DNA of 64,000 nt from Paraspadella gotoi (GCA_051294375.1 CM119264.1:6841814-6905813); one strand, 5' to 3'; shown: positions 13,532 to 27,330, counted from the stretch's first letter. Made by a program: numbers and translations. The notes: a model not told the origin generated them from the letters alone.

Positions 13532-14235
13532 TCGATGAGGAGAATGCCTCGAGCTAAAGCGAAGACTTCGTAGAAAAAGTCGACACTTAAGACAACTTAA
13601 GGCGGAAACAACCATGACGATGATCGTGTGGATGATCATCATGATGACAATGATAACGAAGATGAAGATAATGAAAATAGAGAGTGAATGTAAATAAAAT
13701 TTTGGACACTTTATTATCGAAACCGATTTAACTACGTAGAAATACGGAACGTCTAAAAAAGTTTTACGGGTTATATTGTACATTATAATGTTATTATAAT
13801 GTACAATATGGCAAAGGATTTCCATGATTATTATATCAAATAAACATATTCTTTAATTTGGCATCGAAGTTGGCAAATATCATTATGAAGACCAAGACGA
13901 GTACGACGACTAAAACAACGACAATGACAACGACGGTGACAACGACGACGACGATAACGACGACGATAACGACGACAGTGAAGGAAAGCTAAAGCATAAA
14001 AGGCGTCGGGATAAATCGTGGGCGTGGATGAGAGGGAGACGACGACGATGACGACGACGACGACGACTACAATAAAGTCTACTTCAAGTTCAACGACGAC
14101 GACGAAGACGAGAACTACCACAACGAGGCTAACGACGACGAGGACGTTCGCAACAATGAAAAGAAACTCCATAAACAGAAAGAGAAAAAGAAGTATCAGT
14201 TTAAGAGAGAGAGGAGAAAGAAGAGGAAAGAGAGA

Positions 14236-14278
<43 letters not shown>

Positions 14279-15083
14279 GAGAGCGAGAGAGAGAGAGAGA
14301 GAAATGGGTGAAGCTGAAATTCTATCGTCATGACTCAATGACTCTGAAGGAAGGAGTAGAGGAGAGAGGAAGGGGAGAAGAGGAGGGAAGATATAAAATA
14401 AGGGAAGGGAAGGGAGAGGAGGGAGGGAGGGAGGGAGGGGAGGGAGGGGATGGGGAGGGGAGGGCAGGGGAGGGAGGGGAGGGAGGAAGGAAGGTAGGGG
14501 AGGGGAGGGTTACTTGCAGATAGAGATCGTGAAGGAAGGAAAAGAAGTATAGTGTTGGAGAAGTAGGCGGGGGAGGCAGCGAGAGAAGAAGAAGGGAGCG
14601 AAGGAGGAAAGAAGGGAGAAAATATGGGAACGAAAAGAAAGAAATAAAGGAAAAGAGGAAGGGACGGGGGTGGTCGCAGGCAAGAGAGAAAAGGGCCAGG
14701 AAAAGAAAAGAGATAAAACAAAGTTAGGGGGAGGTGGCAGCCTGGGAGAAGAAAGAGAAAAAAGAAAAAAAAAAGAAAGAAAGAAAGAAAGGAAAGAAGG
14801 AGAAAAGAAAGAGGGGAAAATATATAAAAGAGGAAAGTGAAGAGAAGCGAGAGAAAAAAAACGCAGATGTCGAGGGCAACAGCGGGAGTGAAGGGGAAAT
14901 GGGAGGTAAATAAAAATAACATAAAAGGAAGAGAGAAGGAAAAGAGTAGGAGAAGAAAAATCGAAATTAAATCGTCATTGGAGACCAAGAAAAAGTCTAA
15001 AGGAAAAAAAAAAGAGAAGAATGAAATAGAATAAATCACGAAAGTAAATGAATAGAGGAAGAAAAAAAAATGAAAGAAAGGGC

Positions 15084-15157
<74 letters not shown>

Positions 15158-16029
15158 GAGGAGAGAGAGAGAGAGGGAGGGAGAGAGAGAAAGAGATTCA
15201 GAAAATATATATGTGAGACAAAAAAAAGGGAAATAAAAAAAATGAAAATAAAAGCTCCAAAAAAAGTGTCAAGAAAAAAATAAGGTTGATCCTTGTATGC
15301 CCAACCGGGGCCCGCGTTTGGCCCGGAGCAGGATTACTTCGGGAAAAAGAATTCATTCAATAAAAGACAAAGAGAAAATCCTCTCAGGCAATCAACTCTG
15401 GATATATATATATTTTTCTTTTTCCGTCGAAAAGAGGGCGGCACCCGTTTGAGGCGAGTCGGAAGAAAACTTCCGTTAAGGGTTGTTTTATAATTCAATT
15501 TTATTATTAAGATATTTTAAAACAATTTTGACTTTTATTTTTTTGAATCGGTGCATATAACAATATAAACACTTGTCTTTTATTTAAAAAATAAGCTATC
15601 TTTTCTCCTCACCTTCGAAAGGCAATAGTAGAGTAAAGATTTATTCTTTTTACAAACAGTTTTTTACTGCATATATTACCAATTTCATGAATATTATATA
15701 TTATACATATAATATATTTGCATATGTAATATAAGTATATAATCTTTTTAAAATTTGATTGATGATGATGAAAACCCTTTTCCTTTTAAAGTCTTGGAAG
15801 TGTGAAAAGGAGGGGAAAGGGAAAGAGAGCAAATCTTCGGCGAGGAACCGCGGAACAAAGATTGGTCTTTTTTTTGGCCACTGGAATATTCTTCGCTGAT
15901 TTTATTTAGTTTTATGAAACTTTGCTCACGACTGCACCATAGTTGCACTGTACATTTCTTATTCCTCTTCGGTTATTCACCTCTGCTTTTCACGCCATCA
16001 GTTGCAATTAATAGCGCATTTTACAACGT

Positions 16030-16123
<94 letters not shown>

Positions 16124-16283
16124 GATTACATTCTATGAAAAAAATACTGTATCCTAATTTTGTGTTCCCTCACTCATGAGGGTCAAAGCGCGAATCAAAG
16201 GCTGAAAGAAGAGAAAGAAAATAAAAAAGGGGGCAAGGGACATTGAGTGGAAAAAATCGGGAATTCGATGACGAGAGAGAGAG

Positions 16284-16314
<31 letters not shown>

Positions 16315-18204
16315 CGAGAGAGAGAGAAGAGGAGAGAGAAGAGAGAGAGAAGAGAAGAGAGAAGGCGTAAATAGAAAGAAAGAGAAAAAAAAAAGCTAAA
16401 GAAAGAATGTACGGTTTTGAATAGAGAGAGAGGGAGAGAGAAAAGATCGAGAGATAGAGTGGGCGAGGGAAAAATAGAGAAGGATGAGAGGAGAGAGATT
16501 GGGAGGGGGAGAGAGAAAGAGAGAGAGAGTCTCTTAGAAAGATTGGCGAGTCTGAAAGAATGAAAGTATTGAAGTGCTTAGCTTGGAGAGGAGAGAAAAA
16601 ATAAGAGGTAGAGAGTTAGCGAGGGGAGAGTAGGACTGACTGACTGACTGCCAGATTTTCTGAGCTGACTGTTGATTGACTGCACTGACGCTATCGGTAA
16701 AATATTTAGCAAAATTAGTAGGATAATTTAGGTGGCCTTATTTCCAATAAAGCTGACTGCAGTAGATATTACGAGGAATGAATGCAAAGGAGGTGAGGTT
16801 GATGGGTTTGGTCAGTGTGGAGAGCTGAGCAAATTCCTCGCGTCAGAGATAGGACGGAAAACGGATCTACTTAATTAGCGTCGTCGTTCTGTCGTCGATC
16901 GTCTGTTGGGCGCACTGGCGATTGTTTCCGGTTTCAAGGATGGAAACCCGGATGTAACCTGAGCCGGCGTTTGAGTTGGAAGTGGAATCGACGGACGAGG
17001 ATGGAAATCGGAGCCGATTAGCTCGCAGGACCAACTTGAGAATTGATAAGTTGCCGCAAATTATTATTTTTTTCTTCATAAATAGTTATTGTTTTAATAC
17101 GTTTCGTTTTATATAATGAAAGAACAACTTTTGAACGAGAAACGAGAAACGAAACAATAACAACAACAACAAATAAAAAACAAACCGAAAACGTCTTTTG
17201 GATTTCGAGTCCGAAGACGTAAACATAGTCGCGTTGAGGCTGCGAACTAATGAGGCGTTGAAGATGGAGTTAGTGAAGGTGGAGGAGTGGAAAAATGGAG
17301 AAGGTGATGAGATGCATATCGAACTGGGTAGAGTAACACAGACTAAGACAATGTGGGAAGTAGACAAAGAAAACAATGACGGTTCCGGATGGATGGTGAG
17401 AAACCAAATGTCCTTACTGGAGCAGGAGTTTCACGGACACGAAAACCCTGGATGGAGAATGTATACTGTAATTTTATAATATATATATATATATTCAAAA
17501 AACCCTAAACTCCCCCCCCCCTCCCGTATGGGGAGGCGCGGAGTGACGCGTTTAGCGTCTCGACTCGGTCGAGCGTCGCCTCGATAAAAAGCGTCAAGAC
17601 GTCAAGACGTCAAAGTGTCAGGAGAGCAAACAAAGGAACTTCGGCTTCTTCAATCAACCATCGATCTTCGAAAATGTCACCAGAGGCGAGGGAAGTTCAG
17701 AGAGTGACCCTCGACAGCGGGTGGGGGATGGGGGGTTGTGAGGGGGGAAAATGGACGGAGAGGAAATTCGAAATAAAAAAAAGGCAGATGGAAGGTAATT
17801 TGCGAACCAGATTTACCGATGAGTCAAATTGGCGGGACAGAAAATTACCACAGGATTGTAAGGAAATTTTTGATTCGAGATCAGGAGACGAATTTTAGCC
17901 GATCAAATATGAGGGTCAAGCTGAAATGATATTGGTAATAATGATTTCAGCATTTACTGTCATTAATTAAAGGAAGAATCGTTAACGAGTACGCCCGACG
18001 TCAATTAGGCTACGCCAAAGACAGGTGGGCTTCTCTTCTCTTCTCTTCTCTTCTCTTCTCTTCTCTTCTCTTCTTCCACGCGCCCGCTTAATATTTTTGA
18101 ATTCCTTTTAATCGGTGAAAAAGGATTTTCTGGGATTTTCGTCTTCGCCTGGATTTCCCTACAACGTCGCCTGGGCCTGCTTTATCCTCCCAATCATCGC
18201 ATTC

Positions 18205-18206
18205 AA

Positions 18207-18237
<31 letters not shown>

Positions 18238-20206
18238 GACACATTCTCTCAAGAGTTAAATAGACTGCTTTAGAAAAGGATTATCATTTCTAACCTTTCT
18301 GAACGAATTTAATTTTTTGTTGTTGTTAATTTGACTAAAGCTTTTTAGAAATACTATTTTTTTGCCATTTTACTACCACTCTAAACTATTGAAACATTTA
18401 ACCCAAACAGACTTTTTTTATTTACTCTTAATTTTTCTGCCCATTGTTGTCCTTCGCTTTATCTCTAATTTCATCTGGTGTATTTTTTAAAACTTTTATT
18501 CCATTATGCTATCTTACTTGACAACTTAATTGCATCATTATACGTTTTCCTTTGCCTATCATCCTTTTATTTTCACCTTGCAATCCCTCTGCCTGCCTGC
18601 CGTTCCCTCGAAGGAATCCCGACCCATTTAGGTAATGAAGACCGATTCTTTAAATCGTCGTCGTTGTTATTCCTAATTACGCCATATTTCATCCCATTAC
18701 CGAGAGAGACGACGACGACACCGACAGAGATAATAGGATTGAAGTCGATAAAAGCAATGATGTACACGAAGAACAAAAGATCTGACGAAACAACGAAACG
18801 GTAGAAAATCTTATAAACAACGATTGAGAATGACTTATGATAATGAGGATGGCGAGTGACTCTCGAATGATTATTTTTCGGGCAAAAATCAAATATTTAC
18901 ATGTAATGGATCAAAAAACATGGCAAACGGAGAAGATAAAAATCATAACAATAGCAAAAATAACAGATAAATACAGAATTAGCGTTGGTAACGCTCAACG
19001 GCAAGAAATGGTTACGTTGGTGAGGAAGTTTCCTCCACTGAACGGTTGATTGGTAGGATTCACCAATGGTGAATGGTAGTCACAACACAGGAAATTATTG
19101 AAAGCTTTCGGATGAGGGGTTAGTGGGGGGCAGAAAAACGCTTTTAAAAAGATTAGATCGAAATTTACGGAAAACATTTTCAAACTTTCACATCTTTTGA
19201 AGTTATTTTCGAGCCGTAATTAGTAACTTACTATATCTGTTTTTTTGTTGTTTAGGCGTTTAGCTACTAATGGTATTTTTTCGTTAGTCAATTATTTATA
19301 CGTAGCTTAGGAACGTTTTCAAAAATCACGATTAAGTGAAGATTCTATTTCGAATGAAAAAAACGAGAACCAAAAAAATAAATTATGTTATGAAGGGTTT
19401 GGAACTAAGGAAGCGAACCTGGGCAACTCGCTATAGTTTTTAGCGACTTGCTTATCGAGTAAAACGAAGCGCCAGAAATTTATTTAATTTAGCGTCATCA
19501 CGAGCCAGATAAGTGATGACTAGAGAAATGTATTTTAGCACAATCGGCAGAAATAAATTAATTACGAACCAGATATGGAAAAGTGATAGTGATCTTGCCA
19601 GACGTTACTATCAATGAAAATTGAATGAAAACATCTTAAAAATACAATGATCCAGCCAACATTTATCAAAAAAAATAAACCAAATTATTGATGCGATGAT
19701 AACGAATTTTTGATTGAGAAAAATTATTGATTGATACGATAATAACGAATTGATGCGATAATAACGAATTATTCGTTGAATGAAATGAATTTAAAGAAAT
19801 GAATTTAAAGAAATGAATTTAAAGAAATGAATTTAAAGAAATGAATTTTAAAGAAATGAATTTAAAGAAATGAATTTTAAAGAATGAAATGAATTTGAAT
19901 AAATGAATTGAATAAAATGAATTGAATAAAATGAATTGAATGAATGAAATTAATTAAGGCGCATCTGGCAAAATAATATTTATCCAGAAGAAAAAAAGAA
20001 TGAATAATGCGTTGATAATGATAATGATGCGATAGCGAATGATTGATGCGATGATATCGAGATGCTTTGATGCGATGATATTGAATTATTGATGTGATGA
20101 TATTGAATGATTGATATGATGATAACAAATTATTGATTGAATTAAACGAATTGAATGAAAGGATTAGAATGAAAGGATTAGAATGAAATGAATTGAATGA
20201 AATGAA
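18205..20206 (+). repeat. Copy 1 of a ~2-kb direct duplication (empty-site copy)
   Basis: Near-identical to 20232-22110 plus 24742-24925. The copies are separated by a 25-N gap (20207-20231) and differ mostly by homopolymer indels. Confidence 0.9.
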
Positions 20207-20233
20207 NNNNNNNNNNNNNNNNNNNNNNNNNAA

Positions 20234-20268
<35 letters not shown>

Positions 20269-22110
20269 GACACATTTCTCTCAAGAGTTAAATAGGACTG
20301 CTTTAGAAAAGGATTATCATTTCTAACCTTTCTGAACGAATTTAATTTTTGTTTGTTTTAATTTGACTAAAGCTTTTTAGAAATACTATTTTTTTGCCAT
20401 CTTACTACCACTCTAAACTATTGAAACATTTAACCCAAAACATACTTTTTTTATTTACTCTTAAATTTTCTCGCCCATTGTTGTCCTTCGCTTTATCTCT
20501 AATTTCATCTGGTGTATTTTTTAAAAATTTTATTCCATTATGCTATCTTACTTGACAACTTAATTGCATCATTATACGTTTTCCTTTGCCTATCATCCTT
20601 TTATTTTCACCTTGCAATCCTCTGCCTGCCTGCCGTTCCCTCGAAGGAATCCCGACCCATTTAGGTAATGAAGACCGATTCTTTAAATCGTCGTCGTTGT
20701 TATTCCTAATTACGCCATATTTCATCCCATTACCGAGAGAGACGACGACGACACCGACAGAGATAATAGGATTGAAGTCGATAAAAGCAATGATGTACAC
20801 GAAGAACAAAAAGATCTGACGAAACAAAACGAACGGTAGAAAATCTTATAAACAACGATTGAGAATGACTTATGATAATGAAGATGGCGAGTGACTCTCG
20901 AATGATTATTTTTCGGAAAAAATCTAATATTTACAAGTAATGGATCAAAAAACATGGCAAACGGAGAAGGTAAAAAAATCATAACAATAGCAAAAATAAC
21001 AGATAAATACAGAATTAGCGTTGGTAACGCTCAACGGCAAGAAATGGGTACGTTGGTGAGGAAGTTTCCTCCACTGAACGGTTTGATTGGTAGGATTCAC
21101 AATGGTGAATGGTAGTCACAACACAGGAAATTATTGAAAGCTTTCGGATGAGGGGTTGGTTAGTGGGGGCAGAAAAACGCTTTTAAAAAGATTAGATCGA
21201 AATTTACGGAAAACATTTTCAAACTTTCACATCTTTTGAAGTTATTTTCGAGCCGTAATTAGTAACTTACTATATCTGTTTTTTTTGTTGTTTTAGGCGT
21301 TTAGCTACTAATGGTATTTTTTCGTTAGTCAATTATTTATACCGTAGCTTAGGAACGTTTTCAAAAAATCACGATTAAGTGAAGATTCTATTTCGAATGA
21401 AAAAAACGAGAACCAAAAAAATAAATTATGTTATGAAGGGTTTGGAACTAAGGAAGCGAAACCTGGGCAACTCGCTATAGTTTTTAGCGACTTGCTTATC
21501 GAGTTAAAACGAAGCGCCAGAAATTTATTTTAATTTAGCGTCATCACGAGCCAGATAAGTGATGACTAGAGAAATGTATTTTTAGCACAATCGGCAGAAA
21601 TAAATTAATTACGAACCAGATATGGAAAAGTGATAGTGATCTTGCCAGACGTTACTATCAATGAAAATTGAATGAAAACATCTTAAAATAACAATGATCC
21701 AGCCAACATTTATCAAAAAAAAAATAACCAAATTATTGATGCGATGATAACGAAATTTGATTGAGAAAAATTATTGATTGATACGGATAATAACGAATTG
21801 ATGCGATAATAACGAATTATTCGTTGAATGAAATGAATTGAAATGAAAATGAATTTAAGAAATGAATTTAAAGAAATGAATTTAAAGAAATGAATTTAAA
21901 GAAATGAATTTAAAGAAGATGAATTTTAAAGAAATGAATTTAAAGAAATGAATTTAAAGAAATGAAATGAATTGAAATAAATGAATTGAATAAAATGAAT
22001 TGAAATAAAATGAATTGAATAAAATGAATTGAATGAATGAAATTAATTAAGGCGCTCTGGCAAAATAATATTTCTCCAGAAGAAAAAAAAGATGAATAAT
22101 GCGTTGATAA

Positions 22111-24733
22111 CAGAGATGTGAACGCGATCCGGAAAGCGAAACCGAACACTGTGGAAGCGGCCGATTTTGAAGAAACCCGAAACCGGGAGCGATTGAAAAA
22201 ATTGAGAATAAAGGATTGAACCCGGAAGCATATAATAACCTGGCGTGTTCGCTTCCTGGTCATTTGTTTTTATTGTGTAGAAATGAAAGCGTATTTAATT
22301 GTATTAAAATCTTTGCAACCCCTGCTACTTTCTTGATTTTTCTTTTAAAAATTTTGTTTTCAATATTTATTTTTGAACATTTAAAATTGTTTGCTCCTAA
22401 TTTTTTATTCACTTTTTCTATCTCTTCTTTATTTTTTTGTTCTTTTATTCTTTTCCTCTTTGGTCGAGAATCTATGAAAAAAAATTACATATTTATTTTT
22501 TTTAATTATTCTTTTTAATATATTCAAATAAAATCTGAGCTAAAAAAGATTTTTCTATCTGAAAAAAAACTGTAATTAACTTAAATTTAAAATTAAATTA
22601 AACTTTTTAATTCTATAAAACTAAAAATTTAATTTCTTATATTTTTTATTATTTTTCTTTTAAATTTAAGTCTCTTTTTTTTAAATCCATAACATTTTTC
22701 ATGTTACAAACAAGTTTAAACCAAAAGGATTGATTCTGTTTTATTGGCAATATTGCATAATTATTATGCTTATACATACTTAAATCTCTAACACACACTC
22801 TCTCTCTATCTTCTTTTTTTTTCCCCTCTTGCACTGAAACAAAAAAAGCAAATAAAAAAAATATTATAAAATAAATAAATCAAAACTATTAATAAAAAAG
22901 TTTGACAAACAATTGCCGGATTGCCCACGATCATTAGCGGTAATTAACTGATTAATTAATTGAAAAAAAAATAAATTATTTAATTAATTACATAAATTAA
23001 TTTTAAAATAATAAACATCGAACATTTGGGAGCTCAAATGATTTTGAACAAAGACGACAACGACGCTTGAATACAATGACGAAACGACGACAAGTCTTTG
23101 TACTTTGTAAGCCGTAGTACAAGTAGTGGCAATAAGAATGACCTGTTTTTACCCAATCTTGTTATGGCCTGACCTTTTTTCTCACACAATTAAATACTAG
23201 TTTGTTGTTTTATTATTTTTATCATTTTTACTTTTTTACTGTTTTTGATTAATACTCTATCTTTTATCACAAAAAACACGCCTCTAAATTTTTCTATAAA
23301 TTTTTGTTTTGAGTCACGCATAAAACATTATAAAAAATATTTCAATTAATTAATTTAGGAGAAAGCAAAGAATTTTGAATTTGTAACAACGATTTTAATT
23401 AATAGTTGGACTATGTTTCCGGCTTGTTACTTCAAGCCTTCATCAGGCATATGACATTCATAATAAATTTGGTTAAAAGAAGAGTGTGAAGAGAGAGAGA
23501 GAGAGAAAAGAAAGAGAAAAGAAAGTGTTTCCCAAACAAGTGGTGAGACAGAATAGTGCGTCAGATGTGAGGACAGGTTGAAGGTAAGGCCAGATTGAGT
23601 TGAGTGTGTGAAAAGAAAGTGAAACTTGTTTAAAGAGAGAGAGAGAGTGAGAGAGAAAACAAAACAACAAAGGAATAAATAAATGATAAAGAACAGTTTT
23701 GCAATATACAAACAAAGATAAAGGAGTTTAATTAATTAAATAATTAATGATGGACAACCACGACAATGATAATTACCGACCGATGACAAATTGATTGATT
23801 GCTTAATTTTTTGATTGATTGATTGAATAATTGATTAATTGATTGAATAATTAATTAATTGATCAGTTCTGGCATTGTTAGCTCAAACTTGTTTGTTTTT
23901 TTGTCTTTTCATTATGAACAAAAAGAAATCGACGACACCCTGATGATGATTATTGATGACAACGAGGATAGCACCATCATATGACATTGAATGATTGATT
24001 TGATCAAAATAAAATAAATTCATATCCAGGCCTGTTAATTTTTAGGTCTTTTGTCAGGTCACTGACCAGGACAAAAGCAACAATGACGTTGGAGATGACA
24101 ATTGATAACAACTGACATTGTTTAATTGATATATTTAATTGATTGATTGAATATAATTAATTATAATTAATTAGTTCTTTTAATAATTTATTGATAAATA
24201 AATTTATTAATTAGTTGATTGATAATAATTGTTATTTAATTTATTGATTGATAAAATTGATTCATTAATTTTAAGTGATTTGGCATTGATTAGTTCGTTT
24301 AGTTGATTTGATTGATTGATTAATTAATTGATCATTGAATAATTAATTGCAGCTTGTATTTATATTTAATAAAAAAGAAAAGCGCAAATAGGGAAAAAGG
24401 GTTTGTTTTTTTTTCATTTTAAACTCATTTCCACTCGAACGATATTACAATCTTACAAATCTTACAATTTTCATAGTAAAAATTTCACTTGTTATTTATT
24501 AACAAAAAAGATTGTTTAAAAATTATTCTACCAATGAATTAAATGTTAAAGAGAGTATTTTTATTAAATAATAACAAATATAAAATTTTAAAAGAAGGAA
24601 GCGATGTTGCACTCGAAACGAAAGCGATCCGGGCTAAAAAAGTAAGGGATTGCATCCGAAAACGGGAGCGGGAGGGGTCTTGGAAGCGCCGGATTGGCAG
24701 CGGCGGAAAAAATCGATCGCTTCCACATCTCTG
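22111..24733. mobile_element. Non-autonomous hAT-like DNA transposon (2623 bp)
   Basis: Imperfect TIRs CAGAGATGTGAACGCGATC / GATCGCTTCCACATCTCTG. Perfect 8-bp TSD GTTGATAA (22103-22110 and 24734-24741). GC-rich subterminal repeats (GCGATCCGG, CGGGAGCG, GGAAGCG) and an AT-rich interior with no transposase ORF. The empty site has a single GTTGATAA at 20011-20018. Confidence 0.85.
23409..23447 (-). ncRNA. Minimal hammerhead ribozyme motif in a Penelope pLTR-like fragment (about 23360-23730)
   Basis: Minus strand CUGAUGA-A-GGCUUG-aaguaa-CAAGCC-g-GAAA-CAUaGUC, with two apparent 1-nt insertions. The flanks (acaacgattttaatt upstream, GA-rich tract downstream on +) resemble 60075-60340. Confidence 0.6.
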
Positions 24734-25067
24734 GTTGATAAATGACTTGATGCGATGACTTGATGCGATGATATTCGAATGATTGATGCGATGATATTGA
24801 ATTATTGATGTGATGATATTGAATGATTGATATGATGATAACAAATTATTGATTGAATAAAACGAATTGAATGAAAGGATTAGAAAATGAACAGGATTAG
24901 AATAAAATGGAATTGAATGAAATGAATTGAATGAAATGAATTGAATGAAATTAATTGAGGCCAGTCTGTCGAGATAAAAAAGTAATAACGGTTGAAGCCA
25001 TCTCAATTAAATATATCATTTTAAAACATGATTCAACAATTTTAATTAATAAACAAAATGGTGCAGC

Positions 25068-25538
25068 TCATCCCCTCACATGCGGCCACGCCTCGATCCG
25101 CATCTCCTCGACGATGAGCCAGTTGGCCGAGTCGGCCTCAGCCCTTACCCGCAGCCGCCCCACGAGGCCTAAAGCGTCCGAGTCGGTCTCGTTAAGAGTT
25201 AAAGAGGCAGCCCGCGTCTCGTTCGAGAACCGAGCCAGGACCCTGTACCCTTCACTTGCCGAGTGTCCTCCAGGCTGCGCCTCGACGACTCCCGCCCGCA
25301 GCCGGTCTTCGGGATGCTCGGCGTCGCCAGTGGAAAAGTGAAAGGCTTTGAGCCGGACGGGAGCATTGAACTCGAAGAGGATAAAGTCTCCCTTTTTGGG
25401 CTCGAGGCTCCAAAATTTGGAGCGAAAATTATAGGCGCGTTCGAGTATAAAGTTTTTATAAGTTTGAAGCGAAGTGAAGACTTTGGCAGGGGGGTTGGGG
25501 AAGCGCTTAGTAAAGTCTTTGTCTTTGACCGAGTGGTT
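25068..25538 (-). CDS. MGAT4: MGAT4 terminal exon (C-terminal lectin domain)
   Basis: Acceptor aatctcag|, then 157 codons: NHSVKDKDFTKRFPNPPAKVFTSLQTY...GDAEHPEDRL...WLIVEEMRIEAWPHVRG*. Matches MGAT4A/B KDKDFGK..NPPAEVSTSL..GNIEHPEDKL. Confidence 0.92.
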   Translation of the reverse strand, partial: NHSVKDKDFTKRFPNPPAKVFTSLQTYKNFILERAYNFRSKFWSLEPKKGDFILFEFNAPVRLKAFHFSTGDAEHPEDRLRAGVVEAQPGGHSASEGYRVLARFSNETRAASLTLNETDSDALGLVGRLRVRAEADSANWLIVEEMRIEAWPHVRG

Positions 25539-26008
25539 CTGAGATTTAAGGGAAGAGGGATGGGAAAACTTTAATTTTTACAAGTTCGATGGGAAAATGT
25601 TGTAATCATGCTCAAATACTTTTTATTCTAAACTTTTTTTTAAATATCGAAGTGTGGCGGTATATTTACACCGCCTCACATCCACCATCGTTCAGCCAAT
25701 ACCATTGGGTCAGAGGGGGAACACACCATCCCAGCCGTTGCGTCACTGAGGGTCAAAAGCCACCAAAGCCAACAGTAAGATGCCCCATCCCAATGGGTAT
25801 CACAGGCAACCCGGCTGTTGCCATAGAAGTTGCTTTTCTTCGTAAATGACCAAATAAAAAATTCAGAACCACTAGAAAAATTTTGTTAATAAAAGCAATC
25901 AAAATATAAAAAAAAATTTAATCTAAAAATGAAAATAACTAAGGCGGATAAAAATGTCGATTTGGCACCGAATTGCGACAGAAAACTAATCAAACCCGTT
26001 GAACTTAC

Positions 26009-26319
26009 TTCCCCCTTGAACGAAGACCGATCGCCCATGTGCTGGAACTGCGAAGGTGTGAAACGAAGCCTGACCTTGTCCTTTTGTTTGACGCAATCGC
26101 CAGCTAGTCGACCTTGACTACACACCCTCAACTTGATGAAGTGATCGAGCAGCCAGTCCACGGGTTGGTTCCGATAGAAGAGTAGGAAGAAGTCGACGAG
26201 AGACGAAAGAGTCGAAGACTTGAAAAGTTTTCCGATGAAACCCAAATGAGAAAATTCGAGAAGAATCCAATCGCTGCTATTTTGTTTGAGGGCAAAACTT
26301 TTGATCGTCGTCAAAAATC
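26009..26319 (-). CDS. MGAT4: MGAT4 exon
   Basis: DWILLEFSHLGFIGKLFKS...FYRNQPVDWLLDH...RFTPSQFQHMGDRSSFKGE; donor GAA|GTAAGT. Confidence 0.95.
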
Positions 26320-26436
26320 CTTTGTGCGAGGGTTAAAGGACAGGCGTGAAAAAATGGATGATTAACAGGTTTTTTTCTCGTAAATGTCGTCATTGAAATG
26401 TAATCTAAAACGTAACTCGGCATCATTCTCCCTTAC

Positions 26437-26551
26437 CCGGTTTGGCTATGATGTCGTCTTCCAACTGACAATAAAAGTGTCCCCTTGATTTTGCGTACAT
26501 CATGAGAAAAGCATAATCCAGATTCTGTTTTGACCTCCACTTTGTCCGCTC
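26437..26551 (-). CDS. MGAT4: MGAT4 exon with the catalytic EDD motif
   Basis: [42 protein letters not shown] boundaries are in phase. This exon is not in the ORF track. Confidence 0.95.
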
Positions 26552-26822
26552 CTGCGCCAGTAAAAATCAGAGTTAAACGAAGTTCACCCAGCCATTTCAC
26601 TATACAGGAATCCTCGGGGATATTTTTTATTAGTAAAATACTGTAATAGGTATGTACTGGTATAAATTTGTATAAATTTATATATTGAATAGAGAATCAC
26701 ACGCTCATCGCGACAATAATTCTCAATACGAAAAAAATTATCTTAAACCCTGGAGAATCTTTCTTCGGTCTTCCCCTACCTCGCACCCGACCACCCCCCC
26801 CCCAACACCAACGTCTTCGTAC

Positions 26823-27052
26823 CTTGGTGTCCCCGAGATTTGGCGGGATCGAATCCAAATCGGGATAGAAGGACGAATGCGGCGCCATCACCTCGAGCAG
26901 ACCCGCGTCGAGATGCTGAGCGAATAGAGAGCGCACCTCCGAGTAGATCGTCAGCACCGCCACCGGATCGTAAGGCTCCGCGACCATGACGATGATGAGG
27001 GCGTCTCGTCGCTCAGTCTGAGAAAGGGAGTCGATCAAGGAACGGAGAGTGT
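26823..27052 (-). CDS. MGAT4: MGAT4 exon
   Basis: Acceptor ctcttcag|, donor AAG|GTACGA. Encodes DTLRSLIDSLSQTERRDALIIVMVAE...GLLEVMAPHSSFYPDL...GDTK. Confidence 0.93.
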
Positions 27053-27330
27053 CTGAAGAGGATGAGGAGGAGGAGGAAGAGGAGAGGGGATGAGCGTTTA
27101 AAGAGAAGATGAGTCAGTTTTATCCGATAATAACTGTGGTTCGTTTTGCGATTCATTAAGCCATTTAGTTCCCTAATTCATAAAAAAAATTCAACGACTC
27201 GTCAAAAATTAATCGAGTCATTGGGTCATTTAAATATATTAACGAAAAAAAAAACGATACTAAAATTATAAATAATAATTTAGGATTCGGTATCAAAATT
27301 CGAAAATCTCACGATTACAAAACGACTCAC

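Larger units (their letters stand above)
20232..24925 (+). repeat. Copy 2 of the direct duplication, interrupted by the hAT-like insertion
   Basis: Collinear with 18205-20206 on both sides of the insertion at 22111-24733. Confidence 0.85.

Noticed and set aside
17198-17479. 93-aa + strand ORF
   Set aside because: Non-ATG start, no splice or domain support; at most an old repeat relic.
25655-25690. GGATGTGAGGCG on the minus strand resembling the 7SK 5' end
   Set aside because: It occurs at the end of the island and lacks the GAUC motifs and the rest of 7SK.
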